Source of the DNA: Acutalibacteraceae bacterium
GTDB lineage: Bacteria; Bacillota; Clostridia; Oscillospirales; Acutalibacteraceae
DNA: 64,000 bases
Direction of reading: 5' to 3'
Assembly (NCBI GenBank): GCA_045536195.1
Contig: JAZSNB010000118.1
Location: forward strand, 247 to 64,246
In this document: piece by piece, positions 1 through 8,456 of the stretch
How the letters are laid out: each line of letters starts with the position of its first letter
How positions within the stretch are numbered: position 1 is the first letter of the stretch
Program-made: the position numbers and the translations under genes
Notes under the pieces: model-generated
Databases searched by the model: none
Told to the model about the DNA's origin: nothing
The model's input: only the letters and a program-made list of their open reading frames with translations

Positions 1-395
1 TTGAGCCCGATACACATATTGTATGAACGGTAAATATCCGCCTGCTCTTCCTTTGTCATCATATTTACATCATCGTGATTTCCGTAAATCATTGTGAAAG
101 GAATTTTTCTTTTTTCAAGAGGCTCGCAGATATAAGAGATTGCCTTTTTCATCCTCTTATATTCGCCTTCTTTTGTTTTTACAACCTCTCTCGTACCGAA
201 GCGTGCATCCTTAAGATGATTGCCCAGAATATTATCTCCTGCAAAAACCACAAGGTCAGGCTTTACACTGTCGTATGCTTTATTGAGCATTTTTACCATT
301 GTGCGGCGCACAAAATGAAGGTCCTGTGCATCTGCCACCTGTATTATCACAAATTTTCCGTTTTTATTAAATCTCAGTTTATCCTCTTGACGCAT
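1..395 (-). CDS. Metallophosphoesterase (calcineurin-like), N-terminal part; the gene runs off the window edge
   Basis: My own minus-strand translation from the ATG at 393-395 gives MRQEDKLRFNKNGKFVIIQVADAQDLHF...FAGDNILGN...MIYGNHDD. It carries the DxH, GDN and GNHD phosphoesterase motifs. There is no stop before position 1, so it is absent from the ORF track. Confidence 0.7.
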   Translation of the reverse strand, partial: MRQEDKLRFNKNGKFVIIQVADAQDLHFVRRTMVKMLNKAYDSVKPDLVVFAGDNILGNHLKDARFGTREVVKTKEGEYKRMKKAISYICEPLEKRKIPFTMIYGNHDDVNMMTKEEQADIYRSYNMCIGL

Positions 396-864
396 TATTA
401 TTACTCTCCATACAACAATCTACAACAAGGATAGCAGCAAGGGCAACCAGTTCATCACGGGGATTGAAGATGCTGATTCTATAGGTATCACCCCAGGTGA
501 GCCATTGCTTTGAAAGCTCTGCAATCACATTGCCGCCGTATTCAACAGTATATTCATGGGCAAAGAAATCACCGTAAATCTTCATATTCCAAGCCGGAAT
601 CGTGTATTCATGCTTAAAGAATGTAAAGTTCTTCACAATTTCCACAGTTTCCAGACCTGCAACGGAAATTTCATATTTAGGAAGAAATGTGAGAAGCTTC
701 TGCTTTATATATATAACCTCGTTGTTATTGTTATCGTATACATGAAGCTTCTTTCCCAAAGAGATAAACTCACCTTCTGCTCTGTATTTTATATTTTCAT
801 TAAAATCAAAAACATTGAATTTGTCTTTGAGTGAAAAAACCTTCTGCTTGATATAAAGCTCCAT
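379..864 (-). CDS. LURP-one-related / DUF567 (YxjI-like, tubby C-terminal-like) protein
   Basis: 161 aa ORF. The N-terminus MELYIKQKVFSLKDKFNVFD...SLGKKLHVYD matches my memory of the YxjI/LURP1 family pattern. It overlaps the downstream phosphoesterase start by 17 nt. Confidence 0.65.
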   Translation of the reverse strand: MELYIKQKVFSLKDKFNVFDFNENIKYRAEGEFISLGKKLHVYDNNNNEVIYIKQKLLTFLPKYEISVAGLETVEIVKNFTFFKHEYTIPAWNMKIYGDFFAHEYTVEYGGNVIAELSKQWLTWGDTYRISIFNPRDELVALAAILVVDCCMESNNNASRG

Positions 865-920
865 TCCAATACCTCCCTTATATTAATAATTATATATTGC
901 CGCATTTTATGTTGTCAACA

Positions 921-955
921 TAAAAATAACGGGCAGACAACTTAATGTCTGCCCG
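921..955 (-). terminator. Rho-independent terminator after the 1146-aa surface protein gene
   Basis: Minus strand has the hairpin CGGGCAGACA-ttaagt-TGTCTGCCCG followed by TTATTTTTAT. Confidence 0.6.
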
Positions 956-969
956 AAAATTATTGATTA

Positions 970-3900
970 TTATGCATTACCTGCAAAAAGCTCTGCAAAG
1001 AATGTGAAGATTCTTGAAATAAGACATGAGATAAAACCGAGATCGGGGAAAATATATTTGTAGTGATACTTTCCGCAATACTTACAGTATTTGTCGGCTT
1101 CTGCTTTATTACCGAGAACTTCTTCAGCCTCTTCGCCTGTAACCTCTGTTTCCTCGCCGCAGATTAAACATACCTTGTATACCTTTTCACCTTCGATTAC
1201 ATATTCATAATCGTGGCCGTGAGCGGGAATAACAGATGTATATGAATAACCGCAATCGCAAGAGAATTCTGCCACACCGTCTTTTGTACAGTCAGGAGCT
1301 GCAATAACATTACCTTCACCGCAATCGTGAGCAGCTGCTTCATAAACTGCAACATAAACAGTATTTGCATCTACCTTTGCAATTTCCTTGTTCCAGCCCT
1401 TGAATTCATAGTGATATGCACTGTCATATGCCTTTGCGGGAGTTTCGCCTTCATATACAGGTGTGTCACCATAGCCATAGAATTTTTCCTGAAGAACTGT
1501 GCCGTCTTCATCAAGGAACTTGATTGTGTATGCAGCAGATACCTTTGAATAAACAGCTGTATAAATAGCATCACCGGTTACGGAAGAAATCTTCTTGTTC
1601 CAACCGTTAAATGTATAAACATGAGTATCTGTGGGCTTTACAGGATCTGCTTCTTTGTACTGAACCTCACTGCCGTAAGGAAGAATTTCTTCCTGAAGAA
1701 CCGTACCGTCATAGTTTACAAACTTAACAGTGTATTCGTTTACGGTAGCTTCAAACTGTGCACGGTATTCTGTTCTTTCTGTGATAGGCTCTAATGCCTT
1801 ATCCCAGCCTGTGAAAGTATAGCTGTACTGTGCTGATGCCTTTCTTTCGGGAGCCTTGCCCTTATACTCGGCAATTGAACCGTAATCAACAAACTTGGAC
1901 TCAAGAACATTGCCGTCCCAGTTAAAGAATGTAACAATTATCTGTTTTGTTTCTGCCTGGTACTCTGCTGTATAGGTAGCTTCACCTGTTACGGAAGTAA
2001 TTTCAGGATCCCAGCCGATAAACTTGTATCTGTAGGAAACGTCCTCGGGCTTCTTGGGCTGTTCTCCCTTGTATTCAGGTGTTTTTCCGTATTCAACAGT
2101 TACCTTATAAAGCACTGTGCCGTCATAATTTTCAAATGTAATTTCGTAAGATTTTGTCTGTGTCTTGTAGCCTGCGGTATAAACGGCTTCGCCTGTAACC
2201 GCCGCAATATTTTTATCCCACTTATCAAATGTGTAAATATACTGTGCATCTTCATCTCTGACAGGTGTTTCGCCCTTATATGAGGGAACAGTACCGTAAT
2301 CAAGAGTTTCTTCCTGAAGAACATCTCCGTTATAATTTACGAACTGAACAAGATATGAATTAAGAGTTGTGCTGTAGGTTGCGGTATAGATCTGAGCGCC
2401 TTCAACCTGTGTAAACTCGTTATCCCAGCCTGCAAATGTGTATGTAAACTGAGCATCCTTTGCCTTTTCGGGTGTTTCACCCTTATATTCGGGCATACCG
2501 AGATAGTCAACCATTTCTTCATAAAGAACAGTGCCGTCATCGTTTACAAACTGAACGAGATAGTCTGCTGTTTCTGAATGGAACTGTGCTACATATTCCT
2601 GTGCACCTGTAACAGCTGTGAACTCCTTGTCCCAACCGTCAAATACCCACTTGGTATCTATAGTGCCTTCCTTTACGGGAGTCTCGCCCTTATATTCGGG
2701 CATTTCGCCGTAGAGAACATCTGTATTCTGAAGCTCCTCACCGTCGTAGTTTCTGAATACTACGGGATAAGAATTCTGTGACCATACAGCATAAAGAGTG
2801 GTATCTTCTGTAATTCCTGTAAGAGCAGCACCGGGAGCATAATCAGCCTTTGTAGCATTCTTATCCTTTGACCAACCTATAAAGCCCCAACCGGTTTCGC
2901 TAAGAACATCAGAGGGAATAACAAAGTCTGCAGAACCCTCAACTACCGTATCATCTGCATTGTAGTATTTTACATTTGTGATAGCTGCAGGAGCGGCTGA
3001 GCCTCTGCCGTTATTATCAAATGTAACTGTAACGGGAGCAGAATATACTGCACGGAAAACATATGTGATACCGTCTTTTACGGGAACTGTGCCTGTGAAT
3101 TCAGCCTTATCTGCCGAAGCATCATCACGCCAGCCGACAAATGTAAGAGCATCGTCATTATATGTTACATTGTTTACAGAAGGAGCTGTCACATCTGCTG
3201 CAATAGCAGTGTTATAAATTGTGCCTGCACCGGCTTCGGTTTTTACCGTACCGTCATTCTGAAGATACTTGAAGGTTGTGGTAACATCCTTGCCGAAGAT
3301 AGCATAAAGAGTGTTATTGAAACCAACATTTACGGTTGTTTTTGAACCTGTTGTTGCATCCTTATTTGTGTTCCAGCCGAGGAAGTTCCAATTGCCCTTG
3401 GTGGCAGTATAAGATGAAACATCAAAGTTGTATGTGGAATTGGGTCCTATCTTAACGGTAGTAGACTTTGCTGCGGTGGTACCGCCGTTGTTTGAAGCAT
3501 TGAAATAAAGATTTGTTTCTGCATTATATACAGCAGAATAAAGATCATTATAAGCAGTATTTATAGAAGCCTGTGTGATAGAAGCTGCACCGTACTGATT
3601 GAATTTATCAACTATGGGCTTTGCATTGTTATATGCAGTTTCAAGAGCACGGTATGTATCGGATGTATAATTGATTTTGTTGGGAACCATATTCACGGCA
3701 TAGGGATATACACTCTGAAGAGAAGATGTGCTTACCTGTGTGGAATTATGGGAATAGTGCATATAAAGATCGCTGCCGCCTGCACCTTCATTAAGCTCAG
3801 CCTTTGTACCTGTTGCATTAAGCTTTGTACAGGTTATACAGCCGCTTCTTGAAGACTGGTCATTGAAATATATGCCTGTGATGGGAGGACCTGCATTGGG

Positions 3901-4410
3901 GTCACGGGTGATATATGCATGGATATACTTTCCGCCTGCGTTAGCGTTAAGGTCAATCACGCCGCCGTCCTCAACACTGTTGGGTTCGTAAGTACCGCCG
4001 ACAAGATAGTAAGTAACCGTTCTGCCGTTCACGGTAAGATTATATGACTGAGGAACTCCGCCGTCATCCGCAACTCTGAATTTGATGTCACGGATAGCGT
4101 CAGCTACATTTGTTGAATTTTTCCAACCGCCTGCAATCCAGTCTGAGCCGGTTCCGCAACCATCGTTGAAGTCCCAGTCAAGGGCACTGTAGCCTGCATC
4201 TGTAAGCTTTTTTTTAGTACTGTTGAGATTTACAACCCCCCAATAGCCTGAACGGGCAAAAGCAATTGCAGAAACAAAGGTTGTTCCTTCGGGATAATAA
4301 TACTCAACGGCATACTGAGCAGATGCCATAAGAGGACAAACGCTCATAATCATAAGCACCGAGAGTATCAGAGATAAAATCGCTGATGGCTTTCTGAATT
4401 TTTTCTTCAC
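970..4410 (-). CDS. Large secreted surface protein: signal peptide, unknown N-terminal domain, about 10 InlB-B/Listeria-Bacteroides-type repeats, Cys-rich C-terminal module with amphipathic tail
   Basis: 1146 aa ORF. The signal peptide is MKKKFRKPSAILSLILSVLMIMSVCPLMASA. Repeats of the form xYxVxFxNxDGTVLxxxxVxYGxxPxYKGETPxK...YxFxGWD recur. The C-terminus has CxxCG...CKYCGKYH and a hydrophobic-aromatic tail. I see no LPXTG. Confidence 0.85.
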   Translation of the reverse strand: MKKKFRKPSAILSLILSVLMIMSVCPLMASAQYAVEYYYPEGTTFVSAIAFARSGYWGVVNLNSTKKKLTDAGYSALDWDFNDGCGTGSDWIAGGWKNSTNVADAIRDIKFRVADDGGVPQSYNLTVNGRTVTYYLVGGTYEPNSVEDGGVIDLNANAGGKYIHAYITRDPNAGPPITGIYFNDQSSRSGCITCTKLNATGTKAELNEGAGGSDLYMHYSHNSTQVSTSSLQSVYPYAVNMVPNKINYTSDTYRALETAYNNAKPIVDKFNQYGAASITQASINTAYNDLYSAVYNAETNLYFNASNNGGTTAAKSTTVKIGPNSTYNFDVSSYTATKGNWNFLGWNTNKDATTGSKTTVNVGFNNTLYAIFGKDVTTTFKYLQNDGTVKTEAGAGTIYNTAIAADVTAPSVNNVTYNDDALTFVGWRDDASADKAEFTGTVPVKDGITYVFRAVYSAPVTVTFDNNGRGSAAPAAITNVKYYNADDTVVEGSADFVIPSDVLSETGWGFIGWSKDKNATKADYAPGAALTGITEDTTLYAVWSQNSYPVVFRNYDGEELQNTDVLYGEMPEYKGETPVKEGTIDTKWVFDGWDKEFTAVTGAQEYVAQFHSETADYLVQFVNDDGTVLYEEMVDYLGMPEYKGETPEKAKDAQFTYTFAGWDNEFTQVEGAQIYTATYSTTLNSYLVQFVNYNGDVLQEETLDYGTVPSYKGETPVRDEDAQYIYTFDKWDKNIAAVTGEAVYTAGYKTQTKSYEITFENYDGTVLYKVTVEYGKTPEYKGEQPKKPEDVSYRYKFIGWDPEITSVTGEATYTAEYQAETKQIIVTFFNWDGNVLESKFVDYGSIAEYKGKAPERKASAQYSYTFTGWDKALEPITERTEYRAQFEATVNEYTVKFVNYDGTVLQEEILPYGSEVQYKEADPVKPTDTHVYTFNGWNKKISSVTGDAIYTAVYSKVSAAYTIKFLDEDGTVLQEKFYGYGDTPVYEGETPAKAYDSAYHYEFKGWNKEIAKVDANTVYVAVYEAAAHDCGEGNVIAAPDCTKDGVAEFSCDCGYSYTSVIPAHGHDYEYVIEGEKVYKVCLICGEETEVTGEEAEEVLGNKAEADKYCKYCGKYHYKYIFPDLGFISCLISRIFTFFAELFAGNA
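1327..2777 (-). repeat. Seven tandem in-frame coding repeats of about 207 nt (69 aa) inside the surface protein gene
   Basis: Protein-level repeats include NSYPVVFRNYDGEELQ..., DYLVQFVNDDGTVLYE..., SYLVQFVNYNGDVLQE..., SYEITFENYDGTVLYK..., QIIVTFFNWDGNVLES..., EYTVKFVNYDGTVLQE... and AYTIKFLDEDGTVLQE.... Boundaries are approximate. Confidence 0.8.
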
Positions 4411-4585
4411 TGCAAATCATCCTTTCTGATATATAGTAATAGCTATACTATTATAAAGATATTATATCATCAACAGTTAATTTTTGGAATGCAAAATTTT
4501 AACAATATTCAAACATATTTTTCAACACTTTTTACAAAATTTATACAATTGCCTTACAAACAAATGTCAAAAACTCATATTTAAT

Positions 4586-4619
4586 ATAAAAAAACACGGA
4601 ATCGTAACGACACCGTGTT
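4586..4619 (-). terminator. Rho-independent terminator after recN
   Basis: Minus strand has AACACGG-tgtcgttacgatt-CCGTGTT followed by TTTTTAT. Confidence 0.6.
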
Positions 4620-4624
4620 TATTT

Positions 4625-6313
4625 TCAGTTTATCTGATTTTTATCCGTTTTCGCCGCCTCAATCATCTTTTCGGCAGACTTCAGATGAACCTCATCCGAT
4701 GAATTTCCGTAGGTCATACGCACAAGCTCCTTTACACGCAGAGAGTCACTCAGATCCTTTATTCTTGTAAATGTCTTTCCGTCGGAAATTTCCTTATAAA
4801 TAAACTTGTGACTGTCTGCAAATGCGGCTATCTGTGCCAGATGAGTAATGCAAAGCACCTGAGAGCTTTTTGCCGCTCCCGAAAGCTTGACTGCAATTTT
4901 TCCTGCTGCCGAACCGCTGACACCTGCATCCACCTCATCAAATATAAGAGTGTCGGCTCCGCCTGCTTTATGAAGCACATTTTTCATTGCAAGCATAATT
5001 CTTGAAAGCTCTCCGCCCGAAGCTACCTTTCCGAGGGATTTAGGCTCTTCACCCGGATTGGCAGAAATGAGAAATTCTACAGCATCGCTTCCCTTTTCGT
5101 TCATTTCCGCGGGACTGACGCTTACAACAAAACGGCACGACGGCATATCGAGAAAACCAAGCTCTTCCTGTATCGCGGATGAAAGCTTTTCTGCGGCCGT
5201 CTTTCTTGCAGCCGAAAGCTTTCCGGCTTTTTCTTTGCATTCTGTATCAAGCTTATCCTGAAGAATATAAAGCTCCGAAAGCCTTTCATCGGAACTGTTT
5301 ATACCTTCAAGCTCATTTTTTGCATTTTCAAGAAATGCAAGCATTTCCTCTTCTGTTTCACCGTATTTCTTAGAAAGACGGTAAAGAAGGTCAAGTCTTT
5401 CCTCTACCTTGTCAATATCACCGTCCATATCCTCAAGCTGTCTTAAAACATCATCAATAAGCGAAGTGCATTCATCTATATAAGAATTTGCGGTATTGAG
5501 CCCCTCAACAAGGGAATCAAGTCCTTTTGCAAGAGACATCACAGATGTCACCTGAGATATTGCACCGTTTATAAGTCCCTCTGCACCGAAGGAGTCACCG
5601 TCGCCCGAAAGAGCAAGCAGCGCAGAATGCAGAGCCTCGCAAAGCTTTTTGCTGTTTGTGAGAATATTTTTTTTCTTGGTAAGCTCCTGCTTTTCTCCCA
5701 CATACAAATCAGCTTCGGAAAGCTCATTTATCTGGTATCTTAATAAATCCGCCTGTCTTTCTTTATAGGCTGAATCAAGACTCAGCTTTCTGATTTCGCT
5801 GCTAACTCTCTGAAACTGAATAAAGCTGTCGGCAAAATCCGAAAGCTCATCCGGCATCTGAATAAAGCCGTCGAGAAAATCAATATGCCTTTCACTGTCA
5901 AGAAGTGCCTGAGAATCCCTTTGCCCGTGGATATTTATAAGATTTATGCCGATGCTTTTAAGCATTGACACGGTTACGGGGGCACCGTTCACTCTGCAGG
6001 CATTCTTTCCGTCCTTAGAAAGCCTTCTTTGCAAAAGCAGAGTTTTATCCTCAGATACGGGAAGCCCCGAAGCATCAAGAATACTCTGTATTTCGTCCGA
6101 AACATCCTCAAAAAAAGCACTGACCTCGGCAGAGTCCTCACCTGTTCTTATAAGCTCTCTTGAGGTTTTTTCTCCGGTTACCGCATTTATGGAATCAATA
6201 AGAATCGATTTTCCCGCACCGGTTTCACCCGTAAGTATATTAAGCCCGCCGGTAAACTCAACCGAGGCTTTTTCAATTATTGCTATATTTCTTATATCAA
6301 GACTTTTTAACAT
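4625..6313 (-). CDS. recN: DNA repair protein RecN
   Basis: 562 aa. The N-terminus MLKSLDIRNIAIIEKASVEFTGGLNILTGETGAGKSILIDS carries a Walker A motif. There is a coiled-coil middle region and a C-terminal ASGGELSRIMLA signature. Confidence 0.95.
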   Translation of the reverse strand: MLKSLDIRNIAIIEKASVEFTGGLNILTGETGAGKSILIDSINAVTGEKTSRELIRTGEDSAEVSAFFEDVSDEIQSILDASGLPVSEDKTLLLQRRLSKDGKNACRVNGAPVTVSMLKSIGINLINIHGQRDSQALLDSERHIDFLDGFIQMPDELSDFADSFIQFQRVSSEIRKLSLDSAYKERQADLLRYQINELSEADLYVGEKQELTKKKNILTNSKKLCEALHSALLALSGDGDSFGAEGLINGAISQVTSVMSLAKGLDSLVEGLNTANSYIDECTSLIDDVLRQLEDMDGDIDKVEERLDLLYRLSKKYGETEEEMLAFLENAKNELEGINSSDERLSELYILQDKLDTECKEKAGKLSAARKTAAEKLSSAIQEELGFLDMPSCRFVVSVSPAEMNEKGSDAVEFLISANPGEEPKSLGKVASGGELSRIMLAMKNVLHKAGGADTLIFDEVDAGVSGSAAGKIAVKLSGAAKSSQVLCITHLAQIAAFADSHKFIYKEISDGKTFTRIKDLSDSLRVKELVRMTYGNSSDEVHLKSAEKMIEAAKTDKNQIN

Positions 6314-6315
6314 AA

Positions 6316-6768
6316 TTAAAACCCGAGAACACTGTCAAGCTTCTTCTTCACCTTAACTGCTGCTTCCTCGCTGTAGCACAGCACAAAAATGGTGTCATCA
6401 CCTGCAAGTGTGCCTGCTACACTCTGAAGTCCCATAGAGTCAAGGGCTGCACAGGCTGCCTGCGCCGTACCTACGTGGCATTTAAGAACAACTGTGTTCA
6501 TTGCAATGTCTGTGCACACAGCCGCACCTATGAGAATTGACATATACTTACTGCTGTTTTCTTCGGGAGCAAGAGTGGGCATACAGTATTTATACTCTCC
6601 GGTGGGAGCAGGATGCTTTACGATGTGCATTTCCTTGATATCTCTTGAAACTGTTGCCTGAGTAACATTGACTCCTGCTTCAATGAGCTTTGTGAGAAGA
6701 TCCTCCTGAGTGCTTATAACATTTTCTTCTATAAGCTTTGCAATAATAGCCTGTCTGTTTTTTTTCAT
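6316..6768 (-). CDS. argR: Arginine repressor ArgR
   Basis: 150 aa with a winged-helix N-terminus (QEDLLTKLIEAGVNVTQATVSRDIKE) and a GTLAGDDTIFV C-terminal arginine-binding motif. It sits in the conserved position upstream of recN. Confidence 0.9.
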   Translation of the reverse strand: MKKNRQAIIAKLIEENVISTQEDLLTKLIEAGVNVTQATVSRDIKEMHIVKHPAPTGEYKYCMPTLAPEENSSKYMSILIGAAVCTDIAMNTVVLKCHVGTAQAACAALDSMGLQSVAGTLAGDDTIFVLCYSEEAAVKVKKKLDSVLGF

Positions 6769-6777
6769 AAATAAGCC

Positions 6778-7650
6778 TCACTTTTTATTTTCAAGTTTCT
6801 TATTAAGTACATCTATAAAATTATCGGTTTTAATAGCTACGAAGGATGCCTTCAATTCCGATTTCCTGATTTTCACCGTAAAACCGGTATTTATCTCAAC
6901 AGCCTGCTGTCCGTCGCAGGAAAACTGAACACCGTTTTCATCCGAGTCATTTTCCTTTACGCTCACCTCAAACTCCGTGTCCCCTGAAAATACGTAGGGT
7001 CTTACTGCAAGAGAATGGGGACAAATGGGTGTCAGGAGAATGGCTTCAAGGGTAGGCTCAACAATTGAACCGCCTGCTGACATTGAATAAGCAGTCGAGC
7101 CGGTGGGAGTAGCAAAAATAGCCCCGTCGGCAAGATAATCGGCAATATCTCTGCCGCCTGTTTTTACACTGAGGTCAATAATCCTCGGACTTGCACCGCG
7201 ATTAAACACAGCATCGTTAAGGCAGAAATCGGAATATATACATTCTTCCCCCCGAAAAACCTTCACATCAAGCATCATACGGCTCTGGACTGTGAATTTT
7301 CCTTCCTTTATATATGAAAGAAGATTCATTTCATGAGCGTCAAGTCCGCAAAGATATGCAAGTCTTCCTGCGTTGATTCCCAGAATATATTTATTCTCTT
7401 TTGCAGCCAGCTTTGCTGCACGAAGCATCGAGCCGTCACCGCCGACGGAAATCACCATGTCTGAATTTTTAATAAATTCCGTATTTTTTTCAAAAATATT
7501 GTCTGAAAACTCCGGAAAAAAATCTCTCTGCTCTTCAGAAAAGGAATAGGCTATATCAAGCTCATCCAGTCTGAGACAAAGCTCTTTTGTAACCGCAGCT
7601 GCAGTTTTTCTTGTAAGATTGGGAATGAGTGCTATTTTCAAGTAAAACAC
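6778..7650 (-). CDS. nadK: NAD kinase
   Basis: 290 aa with GGDGSMLRAA and TPTGSTAYSMSAGG motifs. The start may instead be the TTG at 7641 (LKIALIPN). Confidence 0.9.
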   Translation of the reverse strand: MFYLKIALIPNLTRKTAAAVTKELCLRLDELDIAYSFSEEQRDFFPEFSDNIFEKNTEFIKNSDMVISVGGDGSMLRAAKLAAKENKYILGINAGRLAYLCGLDAHEMNLLSYIKEGKFTVQSRMMLDVKVFRGEECIYSDFCLNDAVFNRGASPRIIDLSVKTGGRDIADYLADGAIFATPTGSTAYSMSAGGSIVEPTLEAILLTPICPHSLAVRPYVFSGDTEFEVSVKENDSDENGVQFSCDGQQAVEINTGFTVKIRKSELKASFVAIKTDNFIDVLNKKLENKK

Positions 7651-7655
7651 CCGCC

Positions 7656-8456
7656 TTATTTATCAAGTTCACCGTGTGATGCATTCACGACTTCTTCAGG
7701 GAATACATCTGCATTTTCACCCTGTTCTTTAGATATGTATAACAAATATTCAATATTACCTTCAGGTCCTTTTATAGGGGAGAAATCAAGTCCTTTTACC
7801 GTAAAACCTGTTTCTTCAGCAAATGCAACTATTTTTTCAACAACCTCTATGTGTGTGCTTTTCTCTCTGACCACACCTTTTTTTCCGACCTTTTCTCTGC
7901 CTGCCTCAAACTGAGGCTTGATAAGAGCCACACATTCACCTGTATCCGAAAGAAGCTCATATACCTTGGGAAGCACAAGACAAAGTGAAATAAAAGAAAC
8001 GTCAATTGAAGAAAAATCTGTTTTTTCGGGAATCTGCTCCTGGGTTATATATCTTACATTTGTTCTCTCAAGATTAATAACTCTCTCATCGCTTCTGAGC
8101 TTCCATGCAAGCTGACCGTAGCCCACGTCAACACAGTAAACTTTTTTCGCACCGCGCTGAAGCATACAGTCGGTAAAGCCGCCTGTGGATGCACCGATAT
8201 CCATACAGATTTTTCCCTCAAGGGAAATAGGGAAAACAGACATTGCTTTTTTCAGCTTATACCCGCCGCGGCTTACAAACTCCATACCGCCGCGAACCTC
8301 AACAGAATCTGTTTCCTTTACATTATCTCCTGCCTTGAGGGCTTTCTGACCGTTTATATAAACTATACCTGCCATAATTGCAGCCTTTGCCTTTTCACGG
8401 CTTTCAAAATATCCTTCAGCGGTGAGAAAAGCATCAAGCCTTAATTTCTGAGCCAT
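7656..8456 (-). CDS. tlyA: TlyA-family rRNA 2'-O-methyltransferase (S4 domain plus FtsJ-like methyltransferase)
   Basis: 266 aa. MAQKLRLDAFLT... is an S4-like N-terminus and DIGASTGGFTDCML is a SAM-binding motif. Its start overlaps the dxs stop. Confidence 0.85.
   Translation of the reverse strand: MAQKLRLDAFLTAEGYFESREKAKAAIMAGIVYINGQKALKAGDNVKETDSVEVRGGMEFVSRGGYKLKKAMSVFPISLEGKICMDIGASTGGFTDCMLQRGAKKVYCVDVGYGQLAWKLRSDERVINLERTNVRYITQEQIPEKTDFSSIDVSFISLCLVLPKVYELLSDTGECVALIKPQFEAGREKVGKKGVVREKSTHIEVVEKIVAFAEETGFTVKGLDFSPIKGPEGNIEYLLYISKEQGENADVFPEEVVNASHGELDK

Noticed and set aside
75-434. 119-aa plus-strand ORF at the left edge
   Set aside because: It lies antisense to a minus-strand reading frame with clear metallophosphoesterase motifs (GDN, GNHD). 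The plus-strand product is low-complexity and Cys/Phe-rich with no RBS.
1327-2777. Regularly spaced repeats of about 207 nt, considered as a possible CRISPR-like or satellite array
   Set aside because: The repeats are in frame within one long ORF and diverged at the DNA level. They translate into a conserved 69-aa protein domain. There are no short identical direct repeats with unique spacers anywhere in the window.
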